64,000 nt of DNA from Octopus sinensis (lineage: Eukaryota), in the NCBI RefSeq assembly GCF_006345805.1, contig NC_042998.1:135408001-135472000 (forward strand). Reading direction: 5' to 3'. The notes under the pieces were generated by a model, which had not been told where the DNA came from, searched no databases, and worked only from the letters and a program-made list of their open reading frames with translations. Below are positions 13,656 through 26,040 of this stretch, piece by piece. The position numbers and the translations under genes were made by a program. Position 1 is the first letter of the stretch; the number at the start of each line of letters is the position of its first letter.

Positions 13656-14430
13656 TCAAGGGATTTAGCCTTATGGCGTATCTTCAGATCCCAAACATTG
13701 CTAGCCTGAGATCTCTTTAAGATATAGAGGAGGAAAAGCCTTGTTTTTAAGGATAAAATCCAAAGTGATTATCTCCCTTTGCTATTGTCCATCGATCTTC
13801 GGTCGCGCTGCCATCTTGCGGTTATCAAGGAAGCCACGAAGGTAAGAGTTTGTCTATCTTCGGCCTTGGTTATTGGTTTCCGGCTGTAGTGCTGCCATGC
13901 GGATTCCAAAGAGTCAGCAGGAATTTTCTAAAACGCAAGCATGGTCCGAAAATCTCCGTCCTGGAGTTCAGGATGTCCCCTCGCACGAGCGAGTCTTTAA
14001 GGATCCTCGTGCGTTCGGCAATGTATAATTTGCGCCGTTTCGTCCCGACGTAGGGACCTGGGTTCTCGAGTATTTTCCATGTGATCGAGTATGGAATCTC
14101 TTCGTCTCGTAATTGTCAGATATGGCTGGTCAGCGATGTCACGTATCTCCTTTCCGGGATTCTGAAGGAGGATACCACCACCGGCGGCACCAACGGTAGC
14201 AGCAGCAACAGCTGCAACAACAACACCACCAACAGCAGCACCTACAACAACAACCGGCACAACGACAACAGGAACAGGCGCAACTGCAACGTAGCAGCAA
14301 CAACAACACCACCAACAGCAACACTTACAACAGCAACTGGCGCAACGACACCACGCGCCCACAGAAGTACGTGGAGTGCACTGGGAACTCTCTCAAACAG
14401 CGTATTTCCAATCATCTGTTCCCCTTCATA
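13656..14430 (-). mobile_element. Penelope-like element (Neptune-type GIY-YIG C-terminus + truncated terminal repeat) with an inverted 5' segment
   Basis: Minus 14170-13850 reads SFRIPERRYVTSLTSHI*QLRDEEIPYSITWKILENPGPYVGTKRRKLYIAERTRIL..ILNSRTEIFGPCLRFRKFLL. Plus 14362-14430 reads KYVECTGNSLKQRISNHL. Half hammerhead core CTGAAGA at 13687-13681. Confidence 0.85.
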
Positions 14431-14472
14431 ATACATACATACATACAGACAGACACAGACAGACAGATAGGT

Positions 14473-14532
<60 letters not shown>

Positions 14533-14626
14533 TACTAATATAGGATAAAATGTTTTTCAGAAAAAAACTTTATCAAAAGTGGCAGCATATTAAAATACCT
14601 TTAAAGGTTAAAATTATAAACAACTT

Positions 14627-14769
14627 ATAAATAAGGGCAAAAGAAGAATTATTTCTATGCCAATATGCTGAGAACAGACTTTAAATCGTCAATTTATCGT
14701 CAATTGACGATTTAAAGTCTGTTCTCAGCATATTGGTATGGAAATAATTCTTCTTTTGCCCTTGTTTAT
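14627..14769. repeat. Fold-back palindrome, 68-bp arms, 7-nt loop
   Basis: 14627-14694 vs 14702-14769; 3 mismatches by manual comparison. Confidence 0.95.
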
Positions 14770-15212
14770 ATATGTATATGATTACTTAATTACTGGCATC
14801 TATTCAATTCATGTACCCATTCTGTAATGAGTAATTTCAGTGATTAATTACATAACTTAATAATTAAAACATAAAATAAATATACATTAACAATCATGTA
14901 TTTTTTAAATATAACAGAACCAGTGACATTAATTTGAGAAGACAATTATGATACATATTCCAAGCAGGGTGGTGCCATCTGCTTTAGGAATGACAGTAAC
15001 AAGTGGGTCATTGATGGAATGATAAAAGTGTGTGAATATGGGTAGGGGAGAAAAACCTAACCATGGGTCTCTTCATAATTCACAGAATGAAAGATCGAGA
15101 GGCCTCTGACGCAGGGCCGTATTAAGACCCATTGAGGCCCTAAGCACTTAAAAGATTTTGATGCCACCATATATATGTTGTAGCAAACTCCAGTGAACTT
15201 CCTCTCTCTCTG

Positions 15213-15271
<59 letters not shown>

Positions 15272-15933
15272 CACATACATTCGAACGTAGCAGATAAGCT
15301 AACTTTTGGCCGCTGTTTGAACCCCGTTGTGTCCACCACTCTAATTGGTTGGTATCGGCGCAATTTGTCTCTTACTCAATTGCGCGCCAATATGCAACCT
15401 AACCAATCGCAATCCCTAAATAAGATCACATGAGACAGTCTATCCTCAATACCAATTTTGAGCCTACCGTTATCTATAAAAATCTACGTTCTCCTTGTCT
15501 CGGAGTCTTTTGGTTCCAGACCTTCTATGGTCTAACCACTAAACTACACGACACAGCCAGTTCCAGCGACGACGCCAGACAACACCCGTCCAACTGCATT
15601 ACAGCGACCCCCATCTTCGTCGCCACCATCATGTCTCTCACCAACGTCGTCAACAACATCTCTACGGACACAGCACCAGCAACGCTGCCCAGGTTCTAAC
15701 ATAGCGCTGTTCGTGAGCTACCTCAGCATGGTTAACAGTAAACATACAACCCACACAGATGCAAGTAAATATATGAATAAATGTTCTCCAAACCTTCTAC
15801 TCGGTTGTGTCTCTCTTTTCCAACTGGCACATCATATGCATTGTTTTAGCCTTCTGATATGAGCCGTTTAGATGGTCACACTACACGCACCACAGACCAG
15901 TTTTGAATGATAAACTGGATTATATTTTATATA

Positions 15934-16499
15934 TTGGGTTGTCTGGAAAGTTCGTGCCGATTTTTAAAGGAGAGAAAAATATCAATAAATACTTGCCATT
16001 ACATTTTTAACCAACCAAATATGAACCATTTTGTTGCACAATGTGTCTCCGTCTTTCCTTTAACTTGAAAATACCCTCTTCCCAGAATTGAGGTGGTTTC
16101 ATGGCAAAGAATTCATCAAGGTATCTTTTCACGTCATCCAAGGAATTGAGATTTTTACCATTAAGACTATTCTGCAGAGACCTGAATAAGTGGAAATCCG
16201 AAGGAACAATATCTGGTGAATATGGAGGGTGGGGTAACACATCCCAGCTGAGCTACAGCAATTTTTGTCTGGTTCCCAAAGCATCAATTGCCGAAAATGA
16301 ACTTTCTTATCTTCCATTTTAAAGGGTTACAGAATTAACACAGGTTAAAGGAATATAAACCTTCTTCCACGAAAAGATAGCTTAAACTGTGCTCTAAATG
16401 GAGGTTTAGTCAAATCCTATTTTATGGACTCAATCATGTTCTAAAATAAGTCGAAAGATAAGCTACTATAAATCGGCCCGAATTTTCCGGAGAACCCAA
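15934..16499 (-). mobile_element. Internally deleted mariner (DD34D-type) element with TIRs and TA duplication
   Basis: TA|ttgggttgtctggaaagttcgtgccgattt ... aaatcggcccgaattttccggagaacccaa|TA; MEDKKVHFRQLMLW is fused to WDVLPHPPYSPDIVPSDFHLFRSLQNSL..GSYLVG*. Confidence 0.93.
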
Positions 16500-16660
16500 T
16501 ATTTCTACACAAAAACATATATGCGCGTGTGTATGTACTAATGTGTGTGTGTATGTATATATATGTACGTAGCACGTGCAAATGTATGTAGCTATCATAT
16601 ATATCGTTTGTAAAAAAACAAATCCGAAAGAAGAAGCACACTCTAAGATGTAGAGTAGTA

Positions 16661-16920
16661 TATATTAAAAATGGGGGGGGGGCGGTTTATGGGATTACTT
16701 TAGGTTTCCCGTCTATAAAGGGTTTAGCTTTACGGCGTATCGTCAGATCCCAAAAACCAGTTGCCCCATGATCTTTTAAAAATGAATTAAAAGATATTTT
16801 TTAAGAGGTCACGGGCCAACAGGGTTTTGGGATCTGACGATACGCCATAAAGCTAAACTCTTTATGGACGGGAAACTTAAGGTAATCCCATAAACCGGCT
16901 CTCCTCATTTTTAATATATA
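16661..16920. mobile_element. Fold-back element, arms ~120 bp, each arm carrying a hammerhead-like motif (PLE terminal-repeat dimer)
   Basis: Inverted arms flanked by TA; right arm tgggat-CTGACGA-t..ccataaag..ctttatgg..-GAAAC-ttaag-GTA-atccca. Confidence 0.8.
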
Positions 16921-19900
16921 TGTATATATATATATAACCAAAACATAAGTTACAATGAATATCCTTGTGAGAGGGGAAATATTTTAAGGGTAACTACATT
17001 GAGGTAAATATGAAAGAAGTGTAAACACCAATCTCCCTCTCTGTCCCTTAGTTTCTATCCAGATTGAAGACTGCGTCGAGATTATTTATCAGTTATTTTA
17101 AGTAAGCAACTGATGTACGCAGGTGAAGACTTCAACAGCCTATTTCCGGTGATGGTAATTCGAGAGGATTTGGGGCAGTTAATTGTGTGTGCATGTTTGT
17201 GAAGGGATGACTGAGTGGGTACTTGTGCTAATGTATTTGTATGTGGTGCGCATGTTTGAATTTATGCATTTGTACGTGGAGGGTGCGCTTGTACGTGGGC
17301 GTTGATATAATAATTATGTATGTATGTATGTATGTCTTTGTTTTACTATACCAGTCAACGTCGACTCCGTCTAACGCAAACAAACAATTCAGTGGAACAT
17401 TTCGTGTTCGGGTATGCTTGCGTAGGTGTAAATGTATTAATTTTTCAATTAGAATTTCGCGGTTTTTATTCGAGTCATATCGACCAAAGACAATAAACCG
17501 ATGGACTGTGTTCTGTATTATGTGTGTGTGTGTGTGTGTGTATAGTGCAAAAATTTAAAAACGGATATGCGGTAAAAAACAAAGAAGTGTTGTGTATTAG
17601 GTTTACGCTCAGGAAAAATAGGTTACAGAAAGAAAAGACGAAGAGAGAAAAGATGGAGAGAGACAACCAACGTGTCTTAGACGGAGGATGGGGTGGGACA
17701 CAATGAGTAAGATTTGTTGCAGTTTTGACTGAGAACAAAAAAAAATTTTTTTTTAATAAATGTTCACTGTTTTATAAAAACTATATCAACTAGGCAAATG
17801 ATCGGTTAATGTTTACTTTAAAAACCTGGCCATCAAAACAAAAACAATAAATGAAATATGTGTTAAAAAACGAATATGAAAACAAAAATGTGCGCCAACG
17901 AACCGGAGGGTGAGGAGAGGACTTTCAGAAAATTCGCAAGATCCGATTTTTTTCCCTCATAAATTTTAGAAAAATGGATATCTTTTGATGACATTTTATA
18001 TAAGTACCTTTCAAACGGCATAGATTACGATTATAAAGAAATTTGTGGAGAAAAGTTTTTCCAAGGGTTGGGGCGAGGACTTTCGAAGAGAAAGAAATTC
18101 ATAAATTATTTTTTTGCTTGAGTGTAATGGACATAAGTTTTAAAAAAGAATTTTAAGCTCATTTATTTTTCGTTTGAGTAATAGAAAAAGGTCTTAAAGA
18201 GGTTCCTAACGGTGGAGATGTGCTAGAATTAAGAGCTAAGTCGCCCTTAACTTCTTTTTTTCCATAGTGAAACCATATTCAACACCGTATTTATGAATTT
18301 GTTTCTCTCACCATGATACATGGGGCCTTTTTTAAAAACCTTTTTCTATTACTCAAACGAAAAATAAATTAATCTAAATTTTTTTTCGGATCTTTACCTT
18401 TTGACCTACAGATTTAAAAAATAATTTTTTGTAACTTAACACTTTCAAACTTCGGACACTAGTAGAATGTGTCATATAAAACATCTTTTACTCTTAGCAT
18501 TTTTGAGAAAAACTTATATTTACGAAGTTATTTCACGTTAAAGTTCTCGTATTTTGGTAATTTCACCCAATCAATGACGTTTATTCAGCTGAATAAAATT
18601 ACTCCCTCATCATCATCATCATTATCAGCATCTTTTAACACCCATGTTCTATGCTGACATAGGTTGAATGGCTTGACAGGATCTAACGAGTTTGATGTCT
18701 ATTTTGGCATGGTTCCTACACAAAATTAGTTTGTATATTTAAGATAAGGAGGGATTGACAGATGACGAGGTGTTTCTCTGTAAAACACAGAAGACAACAC
18801 TGTGATCCATTTGTAGATGCTTGTGCATTATTTGTTACTTCCAGAGATTTTCAATTGTGCTTTAAAATGCAGTGGAGCTCTTCAGGTGGAAATGGGTTGT
18901 TGTGCTCATGGTTTTTTAAAAGATTCCATGTTAGCTCTATGTAACTTGATGTGTTGGTAGTCAAAAGATCTGCACATTATGCAATTCTTTTCTTCAAGCA
19001 CTTGGTCTTTAAAAGACAAAGACCTTTATTTCAGCAATTGCCTGCCAGCTCTTTTCATTTCATACTTATTACTTTTACTTTGCACAGTGTCAAAGAGAGG
19101 TGAGGTAAGTGATTTTGATGAGTCTTGAGAAATGCAAAACCCATGTTGGCTGATTCCTCATTCTCAGCTTTTGAATATTCTGTGAGATATTCACAAATTT
19201 ATTAACGATATCATATATGGTTTACAAGTGCACATATACTCAAAATGATGCTGAGTTGGTACTTTTGTTAATATACAAACATATACATGCTCACACACAC
19301 ACAATACAAGAGCAATGGAATAAGTATAAGACAAAGTACCGAGATTAAATTAAATGACTTTTCAATGCAGCATCCCATCCTGGATACAGTTCAGTGATGA
19401 AGATCAATAAAAGAATAAAAAGATCAACTTGAAATAATAGAAAAAATTCAGTATCAATATTACTTTTATTTGATAATTATTTTGTTTGACATTTGATGTT
19501 TTGGCAGACAATGAGATGTTAAGAATGTGTTTTGATGAGTATGTTATGGGTTCAATTTCAAATTAATCCAGTCAAAGCAGTTTGTTCACTTGCTATATTC
19601 TCACTGGGTTTCTTCAAGCTATGTATTTCACTGGGTTATTTCTAGCTGTATATTGTCTGTCCTCGTGGAATATTCATTAAAACAAACACATATATGAACT
19701 GAAAAATAAACATATAGTTTGTTAACACTTCTTCTTGTTTTATAGACAATTCACTATATTATACATAAATGATAACACACTACTTACTTCATCTGAGCAC
19801 ACCACACTAAATTATAACATACCAGATTTATTATATTTATTATATCAATGGTAACATACCAATAACTTCATCTTAATACACAATATTATACTATAACATA

Positions 19901-20986
19901 CCGTACTATACTATACTATACCCTAGCACATTATCGTATCTCACAATATAACATTTTAACCAGACAGACATAGCAGCCAAATCTTATACAAATCACATTC
20001 TACTGTTCGGAGAAAAGAAAGGACACAATGGGTAATGTAGTTCCCTTATAACTGAGAGGTCATGGCTGGAATGCTTTTAAACATAGGTCTGTTTAAGCAA
20101 CAATAATACAAAGCAGAACTTCCACTGTTGCTACTACTGCTTTTACTTCTGTTGTAGTTACAATTTCATGGAATACAGGTAGTTAAATTATTGATGTGTC
20201 ACACAACACTTATGTGCAAGACTATTGAGAGCTAGAGCTCCAAATTCATAAACTGCCATTGGTACTGTGCTGTGTGCATAGTAAAGATGTCTGACACTTG
20301 CATGCAGAGTTAACTCAGCTTTAAATAAATGCAACAAACTTAGTAGTCTCACCAATTGGTTAAGATTTCTTCAAGTTAGTTGTTGCAGAGTTTGGAGATT
20401 TATGTAAGGTTGGAAAAGTTGTGCAGCAGAATCAGGAAAATGATGGGTGGATATAAATGTGATTTCATATGTATATAAGGCTCTTTGATTGTATTATGGA
20501 GCTGTCAGAAGGTTGTATAGACATAGAATGAAAAGAAATGGTGAGAAAAATAGATCCTTGGGTATTTTATTTGGGAAATTTCAGGTTTGGAAGTGTTGTT
20601 CTTGTACATTACATAGGCTTGGTGCCCTGACAAATAGTGGGCTAAACAGTGTTTTGTATCGTTTCTTATGACATTGAGTATCTTTTTGTATGAGTGGATT
20701 GTGAGAAATAGAATTAAAAGCTTCTGATGTTGATGGTACTTAGAATGGCATGTAGAGTAAAGAAAGGCTGTGAGCATGTCAGACAAATTGCCTAATGGTA
20801 TTTCTTCCAACTTATTACTTTCTCATTTCAAATTTGACTGGAGCCAACTTTGCCTTTCACCCCTTCAGGGTCAGTAAAATAAAGTACTTGTGAAGTACTG
20901 GAGTCAATGGTATTGACTAACGCATCTCAAAATTGCTGGCCTTGTGCAAAAATTTAAAATCAACATTAATATTATTATTATTATTA

Positions 20987-21535
20987 CGTGAGAGACCAAT
21001 ACATGCTATCAAAGGGACACTGGGGTACAAATATATGAAACCCAATATACTCAGCATGACTACCCATCTGATAAAGGTACACCAGGCACATACATCACAA
21101 CCATATATGTGCAATATGGTGATTTTATATCAAGGTAAACTGTGCATGACCTTGCAGATGGAGCCTGGATAGAATTTTTTTCAAGTCAAGTAGCCCATCC
21201 CACTCAAAAGGTCTCTGAATAGGATTTGTGTATGGATGATGAACGAGACACCTATATTTCCATAGGTGAATTATTCAAACCCTAAAGAATCCCTCTCAGC
21301 ATATAGCTATGATGCTACCCTACTACTCCTGCTCATGATAAGAGATGCATATATAGTCAGCCACTAAGGGACGTACTCAACTGGTTAAGGTCCAGCAACT
21401 GACTAGTGAATCTGTGGTATTGAGCAGAATATTTGCTGTAGCCCATCTGTTGCACCAAGACAAAACATGATAAGACTTCCAATCAGTTAAGATCAGAAGC
21501 CATGAGAGCCACTGCCTGGTACTGCATCAGGGCAT
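20987..21535 (-). mobile_element. ~550-bp non-coding interspersed element bounded by (ATT)n on both sides, copy 1
   Basis: Colinear with 24843-25382 along its whole length (roughly 80% identical by eye). Confidence 0.85.
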
Positions 21536-21678
21536 TTATTATTATTATTATTATTATTGTTATTATTATTGTTGTTGTTGTTGTTATTATTATTATTGTT
21601 ATTATTATTGTTGTTGTTGTTGTTATTATTATTATTGTTATTATTATTGTTGTTGTTGTTGTTATTATTATTATTGTT

Positions 21679-21726
<48 letters not shown>

Positions 21727-21727
21727 G

Positions 21728-21773
<46 letters not shown>

Positions 21774-21785
21774 CATCATCATTGT
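21535..21785. repeat. (ATT)n/(GTT)n/(ATC)n compound microsatellite with higher-order units
   Basis: Seen directly. Confidence 0.95.
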
Positions 21786-21973
21786 ATCCATCAATGTCTT
21801 GAGCCCTTGTGACAAATGAAAAAATATCATTATCAATGTTATTATTATTAGCATGCAAAATAAGAAAAAAAAACCCTCAGCAGTAAGTCTCCATCAAAGA
21901 CTATTTCAATATATAAAATGGGCTAATTTAGATGAGGTAAAACTTAAAGAAACAAAACATTTTGATTACTTAC

Positions 21974-22100
21974 TCACAAGTGGCGCCACAATTAAGTGCC
22001 ATATAATTGAAGTAAGCTGTATCAGGTATACAGAACTGGCGATCCCAATTTTGGCAACAGGGGTCCTTGTCAGAACGGCAAAGTGTGAAATTAAAGGGTC
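21974..22100 (-). CDS. CRISP-like coding exon 8, ShKT domain: (R)[41 protein letters not shown]
   Basis: Acceptor ttttatgtttag|, donor |GTAAGT; 127 bp; C..D...C..W....C......Y..YM..NC..TC ShKT pattern; the final Cys is expected in the next exon. Confidence 0.9.
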
Positions 22101-25100
22101 CTAAACATAAAAGTTATACTTGTTTCATTTAAGAAAATATTAAATTTTAGTTAAATTTTACAAGAATATAATTGTAGTGATGTAACTTCTAAAGAGAGCA
22201 CAAAGATCTGCCACCTGAAGAGGGGATATATTGATCTAGACCAGCACTGGTACAATCAGAAACGTGGCTCAGTGTTGGACTCATGATCATAAGATTGTAG
22301 TTTTGATTCCTGGACCTGGCTATGCATTGTGTTTTTGAGCAAAAACATTCCATTTCATGTTGCTCCAGTCCACTCAGCTGGCAAAAACGAGTAATTCTGT
22401 TATGGCCTGATGTCCCATCCAGTGGGGGAGTGTATGCACCATGGAATCTGGAAAACTGGTCCTATGAGTCTATATGACTTGGGAAGGATCTTTATCCTTT
22501 ATCCTCCTTTTAAAACACATTTTCAGCATCATTATGTAGATCATCATCATCATCATTGTTTAACGTCCGTTTTCCATGCTAGCATGGGTTGGACGGTTTG
22601 ACCGGGGTCTGGGAAGCCAAGATGCTGCACCAGGCTCCAGTCTGATCTGGCAGTGTTTCTACAGCTCGATGCCCTTCCTAACGCCAACCACTCCGTGAGT
22701 GTAGTGGGTGCTTTTTATGTGCCAGGGGAGGCTGGCAGTGGCCACGATCGGTTGGTGCTTTTTACGTGCCACTGGCACAGCGTGCCTAGTTTAGCAAGCA
22801 CAGAGTAAGATGTGCTTAGCTGAAGAGATCTAGTAGAGTGAAATATGTCTCATTTTGTCAATCATACTTGTCAAACTCAGATTTCAATAATATTTGCATT
22901 ATTCTAATGTATTCTTAATACTTATTAGAATTTTTACTCATGCTATAATGCATCTAATTTGATTGCTTACACCATCATCATCATCATAACATCTACATTT
23001 TCATACTTGCATGGGTCAGACAAAATTTGTTGAGGCAGATTTACTATGTCTGGATGCTTGTCCTGTTGCCAAGCTTCACCCGTTTCCAAGCAAGGTGATA
23101 TTTTCCTCTATGGTTGGACATGTTTTCATGAAATTTTGAAAACAAATGACACCACTTATATGATAGTGACACTTGTTTACAAGTATTGCACAATGTCAAG
23201 GCAAGGAGTTACAAACACAGAAACACACACACACACATGCACGTGCACATGTGCATACACATACACACACACACACATCCTGGTTAACATCTATGAACTA
23301 CAGTGGCATGGGTTTTATATATATATACACACACGCACATATGTTTATGTATGTATGTATGTATATGCATGCATGAATGCATGTATGTATGTATGATGAG
23401 CTTCTTTCAATTCTGCCAAATTCACTCATAAGGCTTTGGTCAACTTGAGGCTATAGCAGAAAACACTTGTCCAAGGTGTTGATTACTGTGATTAAAACCT
23501 AAAAGAAAACCCTACATGGTTGGGAAGTAAATTTCTTAACCACAAAGCCATGCCTGTTTCTACGTGTGTGTGTGTGTGCTTGTGATATCCTTCATTGGTG
23601 TGGGTGCTAGTGTCACATAAAAGGCACTGATGCTGGCACCACTGAAAAGGCACTAGTCTTGGTGCCACATAAAAAGCATCCAGTACACTTTGCAAAGTGG
23701 ATGGTGTTAGGGAGGGCATCCAACTGTAGAAACCAAGCTAAAACAGACTATGGAACCTGGTGCAGCCCCTAGATATGACAGTTCCCATCAAACTGTCCAA
23801 CCCACACCAGTATGGAAAACGGACATTAAATGTTGATGATGATGATGATAGATGAAGTTATTTCTCAAATAATAATAAATGAGTTTTAGGCATGTAAAAA
23901 GCACCAATCCGATCATGGCCGTTGCCAGCCTCGCCTGGCACCTGTGCCAGTCGCACGTAATAAGAACCCACTACACTCTCGGAGTGGTTGGCGTTAGGAA
24001 GGGCAACCAGCTGTAGAAACACTGCCAGATCAGACTGGAGCCTGGTGCAGCCTTCTGGCGTCCCAGATCCCCGGTCGAACTGTCCAACCCATGCTAGCAT
24101 GGAGAACAGACGTTAAATGATGATGATGATGATGATGATGAATATAAGTATATTTACCAGGCGTAGGCATTGTTCTGCGCTAAGAAGTTTGCTCCCCAAC
24201 CACATGGTTTTCGGTTTAGTCCAACCTTGTGTAACACCTTGGGCTAGTGTCTTCTGTTATAGCCATGAATTGATCAAAGCTATGTGAGCGAATTTCATAA
24301 ATAGAAACTGAAAGAAGCCTGTTTTATATATGTATACATGGTCTGATCAATAAGTATCTGGACTGTTGCTATAGTAACAAAGTTAACATGTGCAAAGTGA
24401 AGCTGCTTGGCACAGATTGACCTTGAACTGTGGTGTACATGTGCACTAGGTTTTAACATTCTAACTCACTTCTGCTTTTTAGGGTATTAGTATGGTATTA
24501 TCCATTATATGGATAATACCATCCTAAATTCTGGTGCCTCAACTTAGGTACCATATTCATCTGAATCTATATATACATATATAAACAAAAAGGACATCTA
24601 CCAAAAGAAAATTCACAAATTTTGTCCAACCCATGAAAGCATGGAATAGTGAATGTTAAAACAATGATGCTGATGATCATGATGTTTCCTCATCTCATTG
24701 AATTATTATTTAACTATAAAATCAAACTCACGGCAGTCAGGTTCCAGTCCTGGGTCACAATATTCTGGAAATTAAATGATAATAAAAAATTAATATTACT
24801 GAGTTTCCATTTATTATAATCATAATAATAATTATTATTATTGTGATGAGAGTAGTGTCAAAGAGATACTGGAGTAAAATATATGAAACCCAGTTTGCCC
24901 ATCATGACTACCTGTTTGATAAGGGTACACCAAGGACATGCATCATAATCATATGTGTGCAACATGGTGATCTCATATCAAGATAAACAGTGCATAACCT
25001 TGCAGGTGGGCCCAGTTAGAATTTTCTTCAGGTTGAGTAGCCAATCTCACTCAAAAGGTCCCTGAATAAGGGTTTTTTAAGGATGTTGAATGAAACACCC

Positions 25101-25754
25101 ATGTTTCCACAGATGAATTATCCAAACCCCAAAGAATTCCTTTCATCACATGGCTATGATGCTTCCCCACTACTTCTGCTTATGATCAGAGATTCACATA
25201 TCGTCAGCCACAAAGGGACATGCTCAACTGGTTAAAGTCCAGCAACTGACTAGCAAATCTGTGATATTGAGCAGAATATCTGCTGTAGCCCATCTGTTGC
25301 ACCAAGACAATACATGATAATACTTCCTATCAGTTAAGGCCAGAATCCATGAGAGCCACTGCCTGGTACTGCATTAGGGCATTTATTATTATTATTATTA
25401 TTATTATTATGTCGAAGTCGACTTTACTTTTCATCCTTTTGGGGTTGATAAAATAAGTACCAGTTGAACACTGGGGTCAATGTAATCAGCTCATACCCTC
25501 CCCCAAAACTGCTGGCCTTGTGGTAAAATTTGAAACCATTATTATTATTACTATCATTATCATTACTAAGGCAGTGAGCTGGAAAAATCGTTAGCACACT
25601 GGGCAAAATACTTAGCAGCATTTACATTCTGAGTTCAAATTCCATCTAGGTCAACTTTGCCTTTCAGCCTTTTGAGGTCACTGAAATAAGTACCAGTCAA
25701 GTACTGTGGTCAAAGTTATTGACTAACTCCCCAGAACTGGAGGCTTCTAGTACA

Positions 25755-25785
<31 letters not shown>

Positions 25786-26005
25786 TAATAATAATAATAA
25801 TTACTATTAAGGTGGTGAACTGGCAGAACTGTTAACATGCTGAGCAAAATGCTTAGCGGCATTTCATCTGTCTTAATGTTCCGAGTTTAAATTTGCCTTT
25901 CATCCTTTGGGGGTTGATGAAATAAGTACCAATTGAGCACTTTGGTTGATGTAATTAACTAGCCCCCTCCCCTAAATTTCAGGCCTTGTGCCCATTGTAG
26001 AAGGG

Positions 26006-26040
<35 letters not shown>

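Noticed and set aside
15400-15900. Possible PLE or LTR remnant (SILNTNFEPTVIYKNL; AATAAA; ctgatatgagcc)
   Set aside because: Motifs are too short and degenerate to assign a class by eye.
17340-18570. Probable non-autonomous DNA transposon or Helitron body
   Set aside because: The composition is suggestive, but I could not define TIRs, a TSD or a CTAG hairpin end.
25095-25210. CTGACGA ... GAAAC on the minus strand of the 550-bp element
   Set aside because: No closing stem II or stem I, the would-be cleavage triplet is GUG, and the other copy has CTGACTA.
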